In this document: piece after piece, positions 1 to 10,053 of the stretch | How the letters are laid out: every line of letters starts with the position of its first letter | Position numbering within the stretch: position 1 is the stretch's first letter | Source of the DNA: an uncultured Candidatus Sumerlaeota bacterium | GTDB taxonomy: Bacteria; Sumerlaeota; Sumerlaeia; SLMS01; JAHLLQ01 | Length of the DNA: 64,000 nt | Assembly (NCBI GenBank): GCA_964580585.1 | Contig: CAZOKZ010000003.1 | Location: 51,468 to 115,467 of the forward strand | Reading direction: 5' to 3' | The notes under the pieces: model-generated | What the model saw: only the letters and a program-made list of their open reading frames with translations | Database searches by the model: none | What the model was told of the DNA's origin: nothing | Program-made: the position numbers and the translations under genes

Positions 1-412
1 TGCGGATTTTCGCCCGCATGGGACGTACACGTTTTATGTCAAGGTGCGTGGGGCGTTTCGTGTGTCGCTCGATGGGAAGCCAATCCTTGGGTCGGATGAC
101 CGTGACGCGCCACGTCGGTTGGCCCATGCTTCTGTCGAGATTGCGGAATCGGGACCGAGGTTGCTCGCGGTCGAGTTCGATCCACCCGCGTCGGGCGAGC
201 GGATGCTGAATCTGTACTGGACATGGCCGGGCGAGGGGACGATGCTGCGGCCTGTTGGGGGCGAATATACGCTGCCGCGCGAGCTTTCGCCTCTGGAACG
301 CGCGGCGACATTTGTGTGGCGAAGAAAAATCATTCTGCTCGCGGCGGGATTGGCTTTCGTGTTGCTGTTGATCCCCCTGGACAGCCGAAAACGGGACATT
401 CAGGCTGGTTGA
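1..412 (+). CDS. 3' end of a gene continuing from upstream of the window; hypothetical protein with C-terminal TM anchor (possible PA14-like beta domain)
   Basis: The frame is open from nt 2 to the stop at 410-412. The C-terminal hydrophobic stretch IILLAAGLAFVLLLIPL is followed by basic residues. The PA14-like call is impressionistic. Confidence 0.3.
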   Translation, partial: ADFRPHGTYTFYVKVRGAFRVSLDGKPILGSDDRDAPRRLAHASVEIAESGPRLLAVEFDPPASGERMLNLYWTWPGEGTMLRPVGGEYTLPRELSPLERAATFVWRRKIILLAAGLAFVLLLIPLDSRKRDIQAG

Positions 413-560
413 ACCGCGAGAGCCCGGAGCGCGGACCGCAATTTCACGGTCCGGTGGGGGTAGTGCGCAGGAATTGGCAAGTCTAACTTTTTCAGGCCCA
501 TAGGGTCCTATAATCATCCGGGCGACGGGGCCCGAAACCCGTCAACATCAGGAGCGTATC

Positions 561-2432
561 ATGGCGGACGAACCATTGCCATTTGAGTATGAAGAGGACG
601 ACGAGGAACTCGGGACTGGGCGCCATGTGCATTTGCGTCTGAATGCGTCGCGCTTCAGCGACCTGCTCGAAAAAGGGCTGGTCGATCCCGACGATTTCGA
701 GATGGCGTTGCGCGAGAGCAGCAAGTCTGGCGATCAATTGAACAAAACGCTGATTCGCATGGGGCTGTGCGACGAGGAAGATATGCTCGAAGCCATCTCG
801 GGTTCGATGGGTGTGGAGTTCGTCAAGCTGACCGGGATGCATCTGGATCCGAAGCTGGCAACCAAGGTGCCCGCCAAGGTGGCCGAGCATTATAACCTGG
901 TGCCGGTGGCGATCGAAGACGGCGTGCTGAAGGTCGCGATTTCCGATCCGCTCGACATTCATACGCTCGATGAACTGCGTCGTATTCTGGCAATGGAAGT
1001 CGAACCTGTCGTCTCGACCAGCGAGGAAATCGAGAAGGCGCGTAACCGGTTTTACGGCATCGGTGGCGCGACGATGATGGGTCTCGAAGAAGAGCGCATC
1101 GCGGAAGGGGGCGAGGAAGAATTTGTGGTCGATTCGAATATTGAAATCGACAGCGAATTGGCCGCCGAGGACGCCGGTATTGTCCGGTTCGTGAACCAGC
1201 TCATTCAGGAAGCGTTCCGCGATCGCGCGACGGATATTCACGTCGAGCCGATGGAGAAAGACCTGCGGATTCGTTACCGCATCGACGGTGTGCTTTACGA
1301 GGCGCCGATTCCGCCTGCCATCAAACGCTATCAGCAGGCGATCATCAGCCGTATCAAGATCATGGCGGATTTGAACATTGCCGAGCGCCGCTTGCCGCAA
1401 GACGGCAAGATCATGATCAAGATGAATAACAAGGAGTTCGACCTTCGCGTTTCGACGGTGCCGACGCCCCACGGCGAATCCAGCGCCATCCGTATCCTTT
1501 CGCGCGACAGCGAGTTGTGTACGCTCGACCGGCTGGGTTTTTCGAACTATCACAAGAATATCATGCGCGAGATGATCAACAAGCCTCACGGCATTGTGTT
1601 GATCACGGGGCCGACGGGTTCGGGTAAATCGACCACGCTTTACGCATCGCTTTCGGAAATCAACACCCCCGAACGCAAGATCATCACCATCGAAGACCCG
1701 ATTGAATATCGTATCCCCGGTGTGACGCAAATTCAGGTCAATCCGTCTATTGATTTAACGTTCGCGCGTGTGTTGCGTACGATTCTGCGCCAAGACCCCG
1801 ACGTGATCATGGTGGGTGAAACGCGCGACCCGGAAACGGCCAAGATTACGATCCAGACAGCGCTCACGGGTCACTTGGTGTTCTCGACATTGCACACGAA
1901 CGACGCCTCGGGCGCGGTGACACGTCTCGAAGACATGGGGATCGAGCCGTTCCTGATTTCGTCGTCGGTGGAAGGTATTCTTGCCCAGCGTCTGGTGCGT
2001 GTGCTGTGCCCCGAATGTAAAGCGACGCATCGCCCCGAGGAACGCGTTATTGGCCAGGTGAACGTTGTGAACGAAGAAACGCATGCGATGAAGTTCTTCA
2101 AACCGGTGGGTTGCGAAGTTTGCCGTTACACAGGATTCCGCGGTCGTACGGCGTTGCTCGAAATGCTGAAGATGACCGAGCCGTTGCGCCGTATTATCGT
2201 TCAGGGAGCGTCGGCGAACGAAATTAAACTGAGCGCAATGAAGAGCGGCATGCGTCCGATTCGTTGGGACGGTTGGGACAAGATCAAGACGGGTATGACG
2301 ACGATCGACGAAGTGTTGCGCGTGACGATGGAAGACGAATTCGGTGGCGAAAACGTTAAGAACCTTCTGGCCGACACGCCGGACGCGATGGAACGTCTCG
2401 CCAAGCCGGAAGAAGACGTACCGACGTCCTGA
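561..2432 (+). CDS. gspE: Type II secretion / type IV pilus assembly ATPase (GspE/PilB family)
   Basis: Has an N-terminal T2SE_Nter-like domain, Walker A GPTGSGKST and Asp/His boxes. A tetracysteine motif (CPECK...CEVCRYTG) is present. A RBS-like GGAG precedes the ATG. Confidence 0.9.
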   Translation: MADEPLPFEYEEDDEELGTGRHVHLRLNASRFSDLLEKGLVDPDDFEMALRESSKSGDQLNKTLIRMGLCDEEDMLEAISGSMGVEFVKLTGMHLDPKLATKVPAKVAEHYNLVPVAIEDGVLKVAISDPLDIHTLDELRRILAMEVEPVVSTSEEIEKARNRFYGIGGATMMGLEEERIAEGGEEEFVVDSNIEIDSELAAEDAGIVRFVNQLIQEAFRDRATDIHVEPMEKDLRIRYRIDGVLYEAPIPPAIKRYQQAIISRIKIMADLNIAERRLPQDGKIMIKMNNKEFDLRVSTVPTPHGESSAIRILSRDSELCTLDRLGFSNYHKNIMREMINKPHGIVLITGPTGSGKSTTLYASLSEINTPERKIITIEDPIEYRIPGVTQIQVNPSIDLTFARVLRTILRQDPDVIMVGETRDPETAKITIQTALTGHLVFSTLHTNDASGAVTRLEDMGIEPFLISSSVEGILAQRLVRVLCPECKATHRPEERVIGQVNVVNEETHAMKFFKPVGCEVCRYTGFRGRTALLEMLKMTEPLRRIIVQGASANEIKLSAMKSGMRPIRWDGWDKIKTGMTTIDEVLRVTMEDEFGGENVKNLLADTPDAMERLAKPEEDVPTS

Positions 2433-2472
2433 GAGCGTCGGGGTAAACTTGGAATAGGATAACGACAGGCTG

Positions 2473-3891
2473 ATGCCTCAATTTTCATACAAAGCCAGGG
2501 ACGCAAAAGGTCAGCCGCAGTCGGGCACGATGGAGGCGGAATCGCGCGCGGCGGTGATTGCGCGTCTTCAGCAGTTGGAACTGTTTCCGATTTTGGTGAA
2601 GCAGGGAGATCGGACGTCGGCGAAGGGGGCGTCAAAATCGGCGCCTGTTGCGACGGCCGCCACTCCGCATACGGGAAACACTATCACGCGTATGTTGCCC
2701 AAGTTGGGATTTGGTGGCTCGGCGGAAGAATCGAAAACGGCAAAACGTTCGACGGTGTTGGTGAAAAAGCCAGGGGGAAAACCTTCGGCGAATGTCAAAC
2801 CGAAAGCGAAAGACGCGGCTGCCGAATCGAGCGGGATTTCTTTTCGTTCGCGCCGGATTAAAATGGCGGATGTGGCGTCGTTCAACCGCCAACTCGCGGA
2901 TTTGCTCGGTGCGGGCATTGCTTTGGTCAAGTCGCTGACGATTTTGCAAAAACAAACGCCGAACGCTGCGTTCAAGGCGATCATCAGCGAAATCAACACG
3001 GATGTTCAGGGCGGCGCGACGTTTGCCGATGCGTTGGCCAAGCACCCCGAGCAGTTTTCAAAATTGTACGTGGCGATGGTGCGAAGCGGTGAAGCGGGCG
3101 GTATGTTGGACGAGGTGCTGAATCGGCTCGCGGATTTCAGTGAAGCGGAAGAACAACTGAAGAGCCGTGTGAAATCGGCGTTGGCGTATCCCGTGGTGAT
3201 GATGATCGCGGGCAGCGCAGCGGTTGCGGTAATGTTCACTTATGTGGTGCCGAAAATCGTCAGTACGTTCGAGAACCTGAATCAAACGCTGCCTCCGATG
3301 ACGCAGGTTTTGATTACAATCAGCAAATTTTCACAGCAATATTGGTACGTGGTATTGATCGCACTGGCGGCAATGATCATTGGAGCCTGGCAATTTGTGC
3401 GCAGCGCCGAGGGACGGAAAATCTGGCATCGTATTCAACTCAAGTTGCCGTTGATGGGGGATGTGGTGCGCAAGCGCGAGGTCGCACGTTTTGCGCGCAC
3501 GCTGGGGTCGTTGCTGAAAAACGGCGTTTCCATATTGCAGGCACTCGCCATCACGCGCGAAGTGCTCAACAACGACTTGGTGAAGTATGAAGTCGATAAA
3601 ATCATCGATGAAATCACACAAGGTGCCAGCATTGCCGAACCGTTGCGCAACAGCATCATTTTCCCGGCAGTGACGGTGAACATGATGTCGGTGGGCGAGG
3701 AAACCGGCCAGCTCGAGACGGTGTTGTTGCGTATCAGCGATTCGTACGAGATGGAAGTTGATCGCAAGGTACGCACGCTGACGTCGTTGATCGAGCCATT
3801 GATTATCGTGCTCATGGGTTTTGTCGTGGGTTTCATCGTGATTGCGATGTTATTGCCGATCTTCAGTCTCGATCCGTCGGGAGGCGTCTAA
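2473..3891 (+). CDS. gspF: Type II secretion system platform protein GspF/PilC family, with ~100-aa low-complexity N-terminal insertion
   Basis: Carries two T2SSF-type repeats and three TM segments. A Lys/Ala/Pro-rich insert (aa ~45-140) lies between the first helix and the first F domain. Confidence 0.85.
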   Translation: MPQFSYKARDAKGQPQSGTMEAESRAAVIARLQQLELFPILVKQGDRTSAKGASKSAPVATAATPHTGNTITRMLPKLGFGGSAEESKTAKRSTVLVKKPGGKPSANVKPKAKDAAAESSGISFRSRRIKMADVASFNRQLADLLGAGIALVKSLTILQKQTPNAAFKAIISEINTDVQGGATFADALAKHPEQFSKLYVAMVRSGEAGGMLDEVLNRLADFSEAEEQLKSRVKSALAYPVVMMIAGSAAVAVMFTYVVPKIVSTFENLNQTLPPMTQVLITISKFSQQYWYVVLIALAAMIIGAWQFVRSAEGRKIWHRIQLKLPLMGDVVRKREVARFARTLGSLLKNGVSILQALAITREVLNNDLVKYEVDKIIDEITQGASIAEPLRNSIIFPAVTVNMMSVGEETGQLETVLLRISDSYEMEVDRKVRTLTSLIEPLIIVLMGFVVGFIVIAMLLPIFSLDPSGGV

Positions 3892-3962
3892 TGCGCGACG
3901 CGATTCGTTCCCTCTGCGGTTTTCGTTTTAATACCGCCCGGTTTGTCGGGGGACGGAGAATC

Positions 3963-4754
3963 GTGCGCCGTGGTTTTACGCTGATCGAATTGATGTTTGT
4001 GTTGGTTATACTGGGGATTATTCTGGCGACGACGTTACCGAAGATGCGCGGCTCGAACGAACGTTCGGCATTGCAAACGACGGCGCGCGATCTTGCCCGG
4101 CTATGCAATTATGCGCGCCAAGTTGCCGTTAGCTCGCAGGATTCCGTGACGTTGACAATTGCACGGGAAGATCGTCTGTGGTGGATCGATTTACCGGTGG
4201 ATGAGGACGATCGGTGGAATCGCCGCCATCGCGGTCGCGACCGGGAACCGGCCACGGACGAAGAAATCGAACGTAAATTGCACGACCGATTGAATTTCGC
4301 CGAAATTCTGGTCAATGGACGCGATGCCGAGGACGACGAGGTTATCATTACCTTCTACCCGAATGGAGGTTCGACAGGCGCGACGATTTTAATCGAGAGC
4401 CAGGGCGGTCGCCAGATGACCGTTGAGATCGAGAAGGCCACCGGACGTGCCAGCGCATATTCGGGCGAACCGCGGACGTTTGGAGAGAAGTTAGCCGCCG
4501 CGGGTGTCGATGCCAGCCGATACGGATCGGCGTATTCGCCCGGTGTGGTGGACGATGATGGCAATCCCGTGGCAGGCGCAGGCTTTAGTCGCGTTGCGGG
4601 GAGCGAAGATGAACGCGTGGCTGCCTACACGGATGTCGCGGCACGCATTATGGGCGGTGCGACGCGCAAGTATGATAAGGAACACAGTGGTACGTTCGAC
4701 AACCAGCCCCAGGAATCGTCGCCCGAACGTTACGTGGGGGGGCGTGGCCGATGA
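3963..4754 (+). CDS. Pseudopilin, GspH-like, with prepilin-type N-terminal cleavage/methylation motif (RRG|FTLIELMFVLVILGI)
   Basis: Has a class III signal motif G-F-x-x-x-E. The six-frame ORF begins at 3891, overlapping the gspF stop. A GTG at 3963 would give the canonical short leader MRRG. The C-terminal ~100 aa are disordered and Gly/Asp-rich, and the product is longer than a typical GspH. Confidence 0.55.
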   Translation: MRRGFTLIELMFVLVILGIILATTLPKMRGSNERSALQTTARDLARLCNYARQVAVSSQDSVTLTIAREDRLWWIDLPVDEDDRWNRRHRGRDREPATDEEIERKLHDRLNFAEILVNGRDAEDDEVIITFYPNGGSTGATILIESQGGRQMTVEIEKATGRASAYSGEPRTFGEKLAAAGVDASRYGSAYSPGVVDDDGNPVAGAGFSRVAGSEDERVAAYTDVAARIMGGATRKYDKEHSGTFDNQPQESSPERYVGGRGR

Positions 4755-5239
4755 AACATGCCCGTCCATTGCGTTTTAAACGCGACAGAAGCTTCGTGCT
4801 GCTCGAAGTCACCGTGGCGTTGATCATATTAGCCGTGGCGATGACGGGAATTTTACGTGGTTTCGTCATTGGATTGAATTCCATCCGCATGAATAAAATC
4901 GCCCTTTCGGCAACCTTGCTGGCGGAATCGATGCTCGAAGATTTTGAACTCGAACCGCCCATCGAAGGTCGCGACGAAGGTGAATTCGCCGACGATGATC
5001 GGTTCGGTGAAGATTTTAAAAATTTCAAATGGCGTTATCAGGTGAAGGAAGAAGAAGTCGATTACGACGATATTCCCAAAGACCCGCTTCAGGAGCCGGA
5101 ACCGTTGTACGAATTGGAATTGGATATTATTTATGACGACGGACGTCATCAGCCGTTTGTTCCGGTTTCGGTGACAACGTATTTGTTGGATACGCAACTT
5201 TTCAGCACCGATGCGCTGCAATCCAGCCAGTTGTTTTAA
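4751..5239 (+). CDS. Pseudopilin, GspI-like (prepilin-type N-terminal hydrophobic helix FVLLEVTVALIILAVAM)
   Basis: The N-terminus reads KRDRS-FVLLE with Glu at +5 and has Ser rather than Gly at the -1 position. The C-terminus is acidic. The 4-nt overlap with the upstream gene indicates translational coupling. Confidence 0.5.
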   Translation: MKHARPLRFKRDRSFVLLEVTVALIILAVAMTGILRGFVIGLNSIRMNKIALSATLLAESMLEDFELEPPIEGRDEGEFADDDRFGEDFKNFKWRYQVKEEEVDYDDIPKDPLQEPEPLYELELDIIYDDGRHQPFVPVSVTTYLLDTQLFSTDALQSSQLF

Positions 5240-5267
5240 CGACTCCGTCCCTCGAGGGCGAGAAAGC

Positions 5268-6323
5268 ATGAAGGACCGAATGAAATTAACGCTGCGAAAG
5301 GGATTCACGATCCTCGAGCTATTGCTCGCCGTGACGATCATGTCGTTGATTTCGATCGCGGTTTTTGCCGTGTTTCGCACGGCAACGTCGGCGTATAAAA
5401 GCGGTCATCGCGAGTCGTTACTTTTGCAGCGTGGTCGGTTTGCATTCGATACGTTCGAGCGCGATGTGATGAATATATTTTATCGCGACGAGGACACTTA
5501 TAACGAGCACACACGCGATTTGATCGAGGAGTATCAGGAGGATTTGCTGCGCGCGGAAGAAACCGGCGACTTTGAGGCTTTCAATGAGAAGTACGGTCCG
5601 TCGGATGACGACAGCAGCCCAAATAATACGGGTAACCCGTTTGAAAAAGGCAAGTTGATCGATCTGCAATTCAACGGCGAAGACAACGGGGAAAAGGATC
5701 GCATCACGTTTGCCGTTCGTGTGCCTCTGCGAGAAGGCGCGCCGTACTCAACATGGGGATTGGCACGCATTCATTATGCGCTCGAAGGCGATTTATTAAT
5801 CCGCACCAGCGAAACCGTCGAAGCAAACCCGCGCACCTGGGATGGACAGGTTCTCGAAAAGGAAATTCCGCCCGAATATACCATCGTTGCCGAAGGGGTG
5901 GATGAGTTCGATTTGAGTTATGGTTTCTGGATCGACAGCCAATGGTTCGAGGTGGACGGATGGACATCGAGCGGGCGCCAGATTCGCAATTCCAAATATC
6001 TGCTCGGCGAATACGACGAAGACGACCGGCCGACGGATCGAGGAGAATCGCAACCGGGTTCGACCGAGTTCAACGAAGAATTGAACGACCAGGAAACCGA
6101 ACCCTATGACGCGTTGCCTACCTATGTGCGCATTCGCCTGGTGCTTCAGGACCCGGAAAACGAGAGCAGCAAAACGCACTTAATGCGTGTGTTTCGCGTT
6201 CCGAGTTCTCAGGAGACTTGGGTCTCGAACGAGCAATTGGACGAAGAAGAGCGGGATATGGAATTGGATGTACGCGAATCGAAGTATATCCCCGTGTATC
6301 CTGGGGCGTTGAGGAAGAGTTGA
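5268..6323 (+). CDS. Pseudopilin, GspJ-like (RKG|FTILELLLAVTIMSLISIAV)
   Basis: Has a canonical G-F-T-x-x-E prepilin motif. The six-frame ORF extends to 5211, but MKDRMKLTL at 5268 is the likely start. The product has long acidic insertions. Confidence 0.55.
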   Translation: MKDRMKLTLRKGFTILELLLAVTIMSLISIAVFAVFRTATSAYKSGHRESLLLQRGRFAFDTFERDVMNIFYRDEDTYNEHTRDLIEEYQEDLLRAEETGDFEAFNEKYGPSDDDSSPNNTGNPFEKGKLIDLQFNGEDNGEKDRITFAVRVPLREGAPYSTWGLARIHYALEGDLLIRTSETVEANPRTWDGQVLEKEIPPEYTIVAEGVDEFDLSYGFWIDSQWFEVDGWTSSGRQIRNSKYLLGEYDEDDRPTDRGESQPGSTEFNEELNDQETEPYDALPTYVRIRLVLQDPENESSKTHLMRVFRVPSSQETWVSNEQLDEEERDMELDVRESKYIPVYPGALRKS

Positions 6324-7648
6324 TGCGCAGCGTTATTCGACATTGTTGGGATTGCCTCCGTCCCTCGCGATTGCGCGGGCGTGGCAAACAACTGCGTCCC
6401 CGTCGCCGCGCCGTGATGCTCATTCTCGTGTTGTGGATCGTTGTGATTTTGTCGTTGCTGGCTTACTCGTTGATTTACCAGATGACGTTGGAAACGCGTT
6501 TGACGTCCGCGCGCAAGAAAACCTTTCAAGCGAAGGCGTTGGCGCGTGCGGGGCTCGCAAAAGGCTTTGTCGATTTGCGCAACGATTTGATTGCCGATTT
6601 GTCCGACGAAACCGAGCCGCCTTTCGATGCCGAAGGCGATTATTGGGCCGATCCCGAGGACAAGGAAGAAGTGGAACTCGGCGATGGTGAATACACGGTG
6701 ATTGTCGAGGACGCAGAACGTTACTTCAACCTCAATACGTTCAAACCGTCGAACCGTATTTTGCTGCAGAAAATCATCGAACAAATCGGTTACGAAGAAG
6801 AGGACGCCAAAATCGTGGCATCGGCGATCATCGATTACGCCGACGAAGACGATGCCGCCGCTGTGGATTCGGCGCCGGGAACCGAAGGATTCACCTATGG
6901 GTTTTATCGTGCGGAGGACCTGGGAATGTCCAAACGAGATGAGGACATCGAAGAGGTCGTATTTCCCAACGAGCCGTACCTGACTGTGGATGCGTTGCTC
7001 GATGTGTACGGTGTGACACCGGACTTGTATTTCGGTCCCGGTTCGCCCGAAGCGGAATATTACAATCAAAACATCGAAGGAAAACAATACGGCAAACGTT
7101 TCCAGATTAAAAAGCGTCGCAGTTCGCATGACGATGAAATCGTCGGGCTGCGCGACTTCTTTACCGTCAAGGGTTTGGGCACGATCAACATGAATACCGT
7201 GCCGTTGCATGTCTTGACGGCTTATTTGGACGCCGCCGGTCGTCCGGACGCCGAACGCGTGGCTGACAAGGTTATCCGCGACCGTCGCGGGGGGTCTGCT
7301 CGCCGGATCGACAACGACAGCGCGTTTAAGACAGTTGGCGATTTGCAAAAAAACGGAACCCTGGCGTCGATGCTCGGACCCATGCAGGCCATGCACCCTT
7401 TCGATGTGCGTTCTTCCGTCTTCACATTGACGTCCACGGGTGTGATCGGGCAAGTGCGCTCGACATTGCAAGTAACGGTGACGCGTTCGATGGAAGAATT
7501 GCAACGCGTCGAGGATTTCGATACGAAGGAACGCGCGCGCGAACGGGATGAGCGCTACAAAGAACGTAGCGAACGTTGGAACGATAAGGAAGACGAATTG
7601 CTGGTGCGCATTCCATCGATCCGAATTTTGGAGTGGAACAGCAGATAA
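6323..7648 (+). CDS. GspK-like minor pseudopilin
   Basis: The N-terminus reads RRRAVMLILVLWIVVILSLLAYSL. This is a GspK-type N-terminal helix lacking the Glu+5. The ATG overlaps the TGA of the upstream gene (tgATG). Confidence 0.5.
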   Translation: MRSVIRHCWDCLRPSRLRGRGKQLRPRRRAVMLILVLWIVVILSLLAYSLIYQMTLETRLTSARKKTFQAKALARAGLAKGFVDLRNDLIADLSDETEPPFDAEGDYWADPEDKEEVELGDGEYTVIVEDAERYFNLNTFKPSNRILLQKIIEQIGYEEEDAKIVASAIIDYADEDDAAAVDSAPGTEGFTYGFYRAEDLGMSKRDEDIEEVVFPNEPYLTVDALLDVYGVTPDLYFGPGSPEAEYYNQNIEGKQYGKRFQIKKRRSSHDDEIVGLRDFFTVKGLGTINMNTVPLHVLTAYLDAAGRPDAERVADKVIRDRRGGSARRIDNDSAFKTVGDLQKNGTLASMLGPMQAMHPFDVRSSVFTLTSTGVIGQVRSTLQVTVTRSMEELQRVEDFDTKERARERDERYKERSERWNDKEDELLVRIPSIRILEWNSR

Positions 7649-7777
7649 TGGATGAAAGGGGAGGCACATCGATCACGGATGTTGCGGGTATTTTCGCTCT
7701 CGCGATGTCCTGAGGGAACGAAGAAAACGAAAGCCCTTGGGTTTTCTCATTTGAACAACGTGCCATGAAAACACATT

Positions 7778-9463
7778 ATGCCTAGATCGCTTGCCATAGA
7801 ACTGAACGAAGCCGATGCCAAAGTGGTGCAACTGCACCAGTCGAAGAAGGGCGAACTCGAATTGGAGTCGGCTTTCCAAGTCTCGTTCGAGCACATTCCG
7901 AAAGACGACAACGCCTTGGCGGAAAAAGCACGCCGTTTGCGGGATAAACTGCGCGAATACAAAGTCGCCGTCGCCGAAGACGTCGTGATTATTTTGCCGA
8001 AACAATGCGCCACCGTGCGAAAAGTTACCCTGCCATCCGCCGATGCCGACGAAGTGGCTTCGATGGTGGAATTTGAAGCGGAAAAAATCATCCCATTCAA
8101 CGTCGAGCGCCATATTATCGATTACCAATTGGCGGGCGATTACGATGTGAAGGGAACCGATGTGATCGTCGCCGCCATCGACGCGCCGGTAATGCAAGGA
8201 TGGCTGGATTTGTGCACGGCGGCGGGTATCGAACCGACGATGGCCGACGTTTCATCGCTCGCGCTCAGCTACGGGTTGCTGAAGAATGTCGAGGTGGCGA
8301 CACAAAAGGGCACTTTCATCGCCATCCAGGTGGGACTCCAGCATACAGACATTACGTTGTATCAAGATGGCCAAGTGATTTGGGCGCGCAGTGTTATGCA
8401 TGGAGTTCGGCACCTGGAACGGGCGTTGCGCGACACCATGCATTTAAAACGCGACTTGGATTATCGCGAACTCGATACGTTGAACTTAATGTATCCGCAC
8501 GAATTCACATTGCCAGGCGTCAAAGCGCAACCGGCTCAATTGAAAGAGGACGAGGACACGGACTTTCTGCTCTTTGACGAAGAGGAAAAACGTCAAAAAA
8601 CGGAAACGACCATTTCGGCCATTCGCTCGTGGGTGAAAAAACTCGTTCAGAATATTCAACGCACTTATGAATTCGGCATACGTGAATATTCCATCGGGCC
8701 GATTCAGAAGATTTTCATTTCCGGGGAAGGTTCGATCATTCCCGGTTTCGCCGATATCTTGCAGAAACATTTCGGTGTAAAAGGCGAAGTTTTCAATCCA
8801 ACCGATATGCTGCCTGTTTCGCATATTGCCAAAGTGGAAGAAAACGACCTTCCCGTTTTTGCGTGCAGTTACGGCGCGGCGTTACGTTGCATTCGCGGTG
8901 AACATCGCGAGTCGATCAATTTGCTGCCGCCGGAAATTGTCGCCAAACAAATTCAATCCGAACGCATGGTGCACTACATCGTTACTGGATCGGTCGCGTT
9001 GATCGCTCTGGTTATGTTGTTCATGTTCATTTCATCGCACCTGGAGCATCAACGTATCCTGGGGGACAATTATTCTCAGTACATTTCCGACATGGATGAT
9101 TTGCTACAGGAAGTGGACGACAAAGAAAGTCGAATGGATATTATCCGGACGAAACGCTCGGACAAAGGCGGTGCGCTCGAAATTCTCGAAGGCATCAGTA
9201 ATTATCCCGTGATTGGTCCGTCCCCGCAAGGTTCGGTGACCATGACACGATTCGATTATAAGCTGGGCGAGGTCGTGCGCGTGGATGGCCACGCCATGGA
9301 AATCAGCAACATCAACGAATTCGTTAAGTACTTGAAGACTTTGGAAGCGAAGGGTGAGCCGATATTTCAAAGTGTCGATATTCGCAGCCAGAATCCCACG
9401 AATTTGCCACGGCGCGATCGCAAGATTTATCAGTTCCAAATCGAAGGCATTTTGGGCGAATAA
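7778..9463 (+). CDS. GspL-like / PilM-PilN fusion inner-membrane assembly protein
   Basis: An ~390-aa cytoplasmic actin-like (PilM-type) domain is followed by a single TM (VHYIVTGSVALIALVMLFMFI). It ends in a ~150-aa periplasmic PilN-like domain. Confidence 0.5.
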   Translation: MPRSLAIELNEADAKVVQLHQSKKGELELESAFQVSFEHIPKDDNALAEKARRLRDKLREYKVAVAEDVVIILPKQCATVRKVTLPSADADEVASMVEFEAEKIIPFNVERHIIDYQLAGDYDVKGTDVIVAAIDAPVMQGWLDLCTAAGIEPTMADVSSLALSYGLLKNVEVATQKGTFIAIQVGLQHTDITLYQDGQVIWARSVMHGVRHLERALRDTMHLKRDLDYRELDTLNLMYPHEFTLPGVKAQPAQLKEDEDTDFLLFDEEEKRQKTETTISAIRSWVKKLVQNIQRTYEFGIREYSIGPIQKIFISGEGSIIPGFADILQKHFGVKGEVFNPTDMLPVSHIAKVEENDLPVFACSYGAALRCIRGEHRESINLLPPEIVAKQIQSERMVHYIVTGSVALIALVMLFMFISSHLEHQRILGDNYSQYISDMDDLLQEVDDKESRMDIIRTKRSDKGGALEILEGISNYPVIGPSPQGSVTMTRFDYKLGEVVRVDGHAMEISNINEFVKYLKTLEAKGEPIFQSVDIRSQNPTNLPRRDRKIYQFQIEGILGE

Positions 9464-9481
9464 GGGAGACCAACCGCTATC

Positions 9482-10015
9482 ATGAAGAAGAGTGAAAAAA
9501 TACTGATGGGAATCACCATCGCGGCTGTTGGTTTCTGGTTAATATCAACAGCGATGAGCACGGACGACACGGCTTCGTCCTCGGTGGATGTGGAACGTTT
9601 GCGCGAAGATTACAATCAACGCAAAGAACAAATTGCATTGGCGCCCCAGATTTACCGCAACTTTTACGAACTCGTGGGTCAGGATGTCGTCAGCCGAAGC
9701 ACTCGGCCCGATCTTGATTTCCAGGAAGACGTTGCCGCGTGGTGCAAGCAATACGGATTCAATGCACCGAACATTGAAAAAGATGTCGAAAACATTAAAG
9801 AAGTAGAAGATTACCAGTTGGTGATCGTTCGTGTGACAATTCGCGATGCGGAATATGGGAAAGTCGCCCAGTTACTGAAGGACTTTGAGGGCTATGGGTT
9901 GATTATTCAAGAAGTCGATATGCAAAGCCGTATTGATCGCGACCTGTTGAGCTCTGTAACCATTTCCGTGGCGCGATTGGTTCCGCATTTCATGGACAAA
10001 ACACGCCGTCGTTGA
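9482..10015 (+). CDS. GspM/PilO-like bitopic membrane protein
   Basis: Has an N-terminal TM (ILMGITIAAVGFWLISTAM) and a periplasmic ~140-aa domain. Its position directly after the GspL-like gene supports the call. Confidence 0.35.
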   Translation: MKKSEKILMGITIAAVGFWLISTAMSTDDTASSSVDVERLREDYNQRKEQIALAPQIYRNFYELVGQDVVSRSTRPDLDFQEDVAAWCKQYGFNAPNIEKDVENIKEVEDYQLVIVRVTIRDAEYGKVAQLLKDFEGYGLIIQEVDMQSRIDRDLLSSVTISVARLVPHFMDKTRRR

Positions 10016-10053
10016 GGACTTGCTGTAAACGTTATTAACATTTCGACCATTGG

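Noticed and set aside
492-1730. 412-aa minus-strand ORF
   Set aside because: It is antisense to the well-supported gspE gene. Long stop-free antisense frames are expected at this GC content, and it has no motifs.
6209-7669. 486-aa minus-strand ORF
   Set aside because: It is antisense to the GspK-like gene. The product is low-complexity and Arg-rich, typical of a GC-rich antisense frame.
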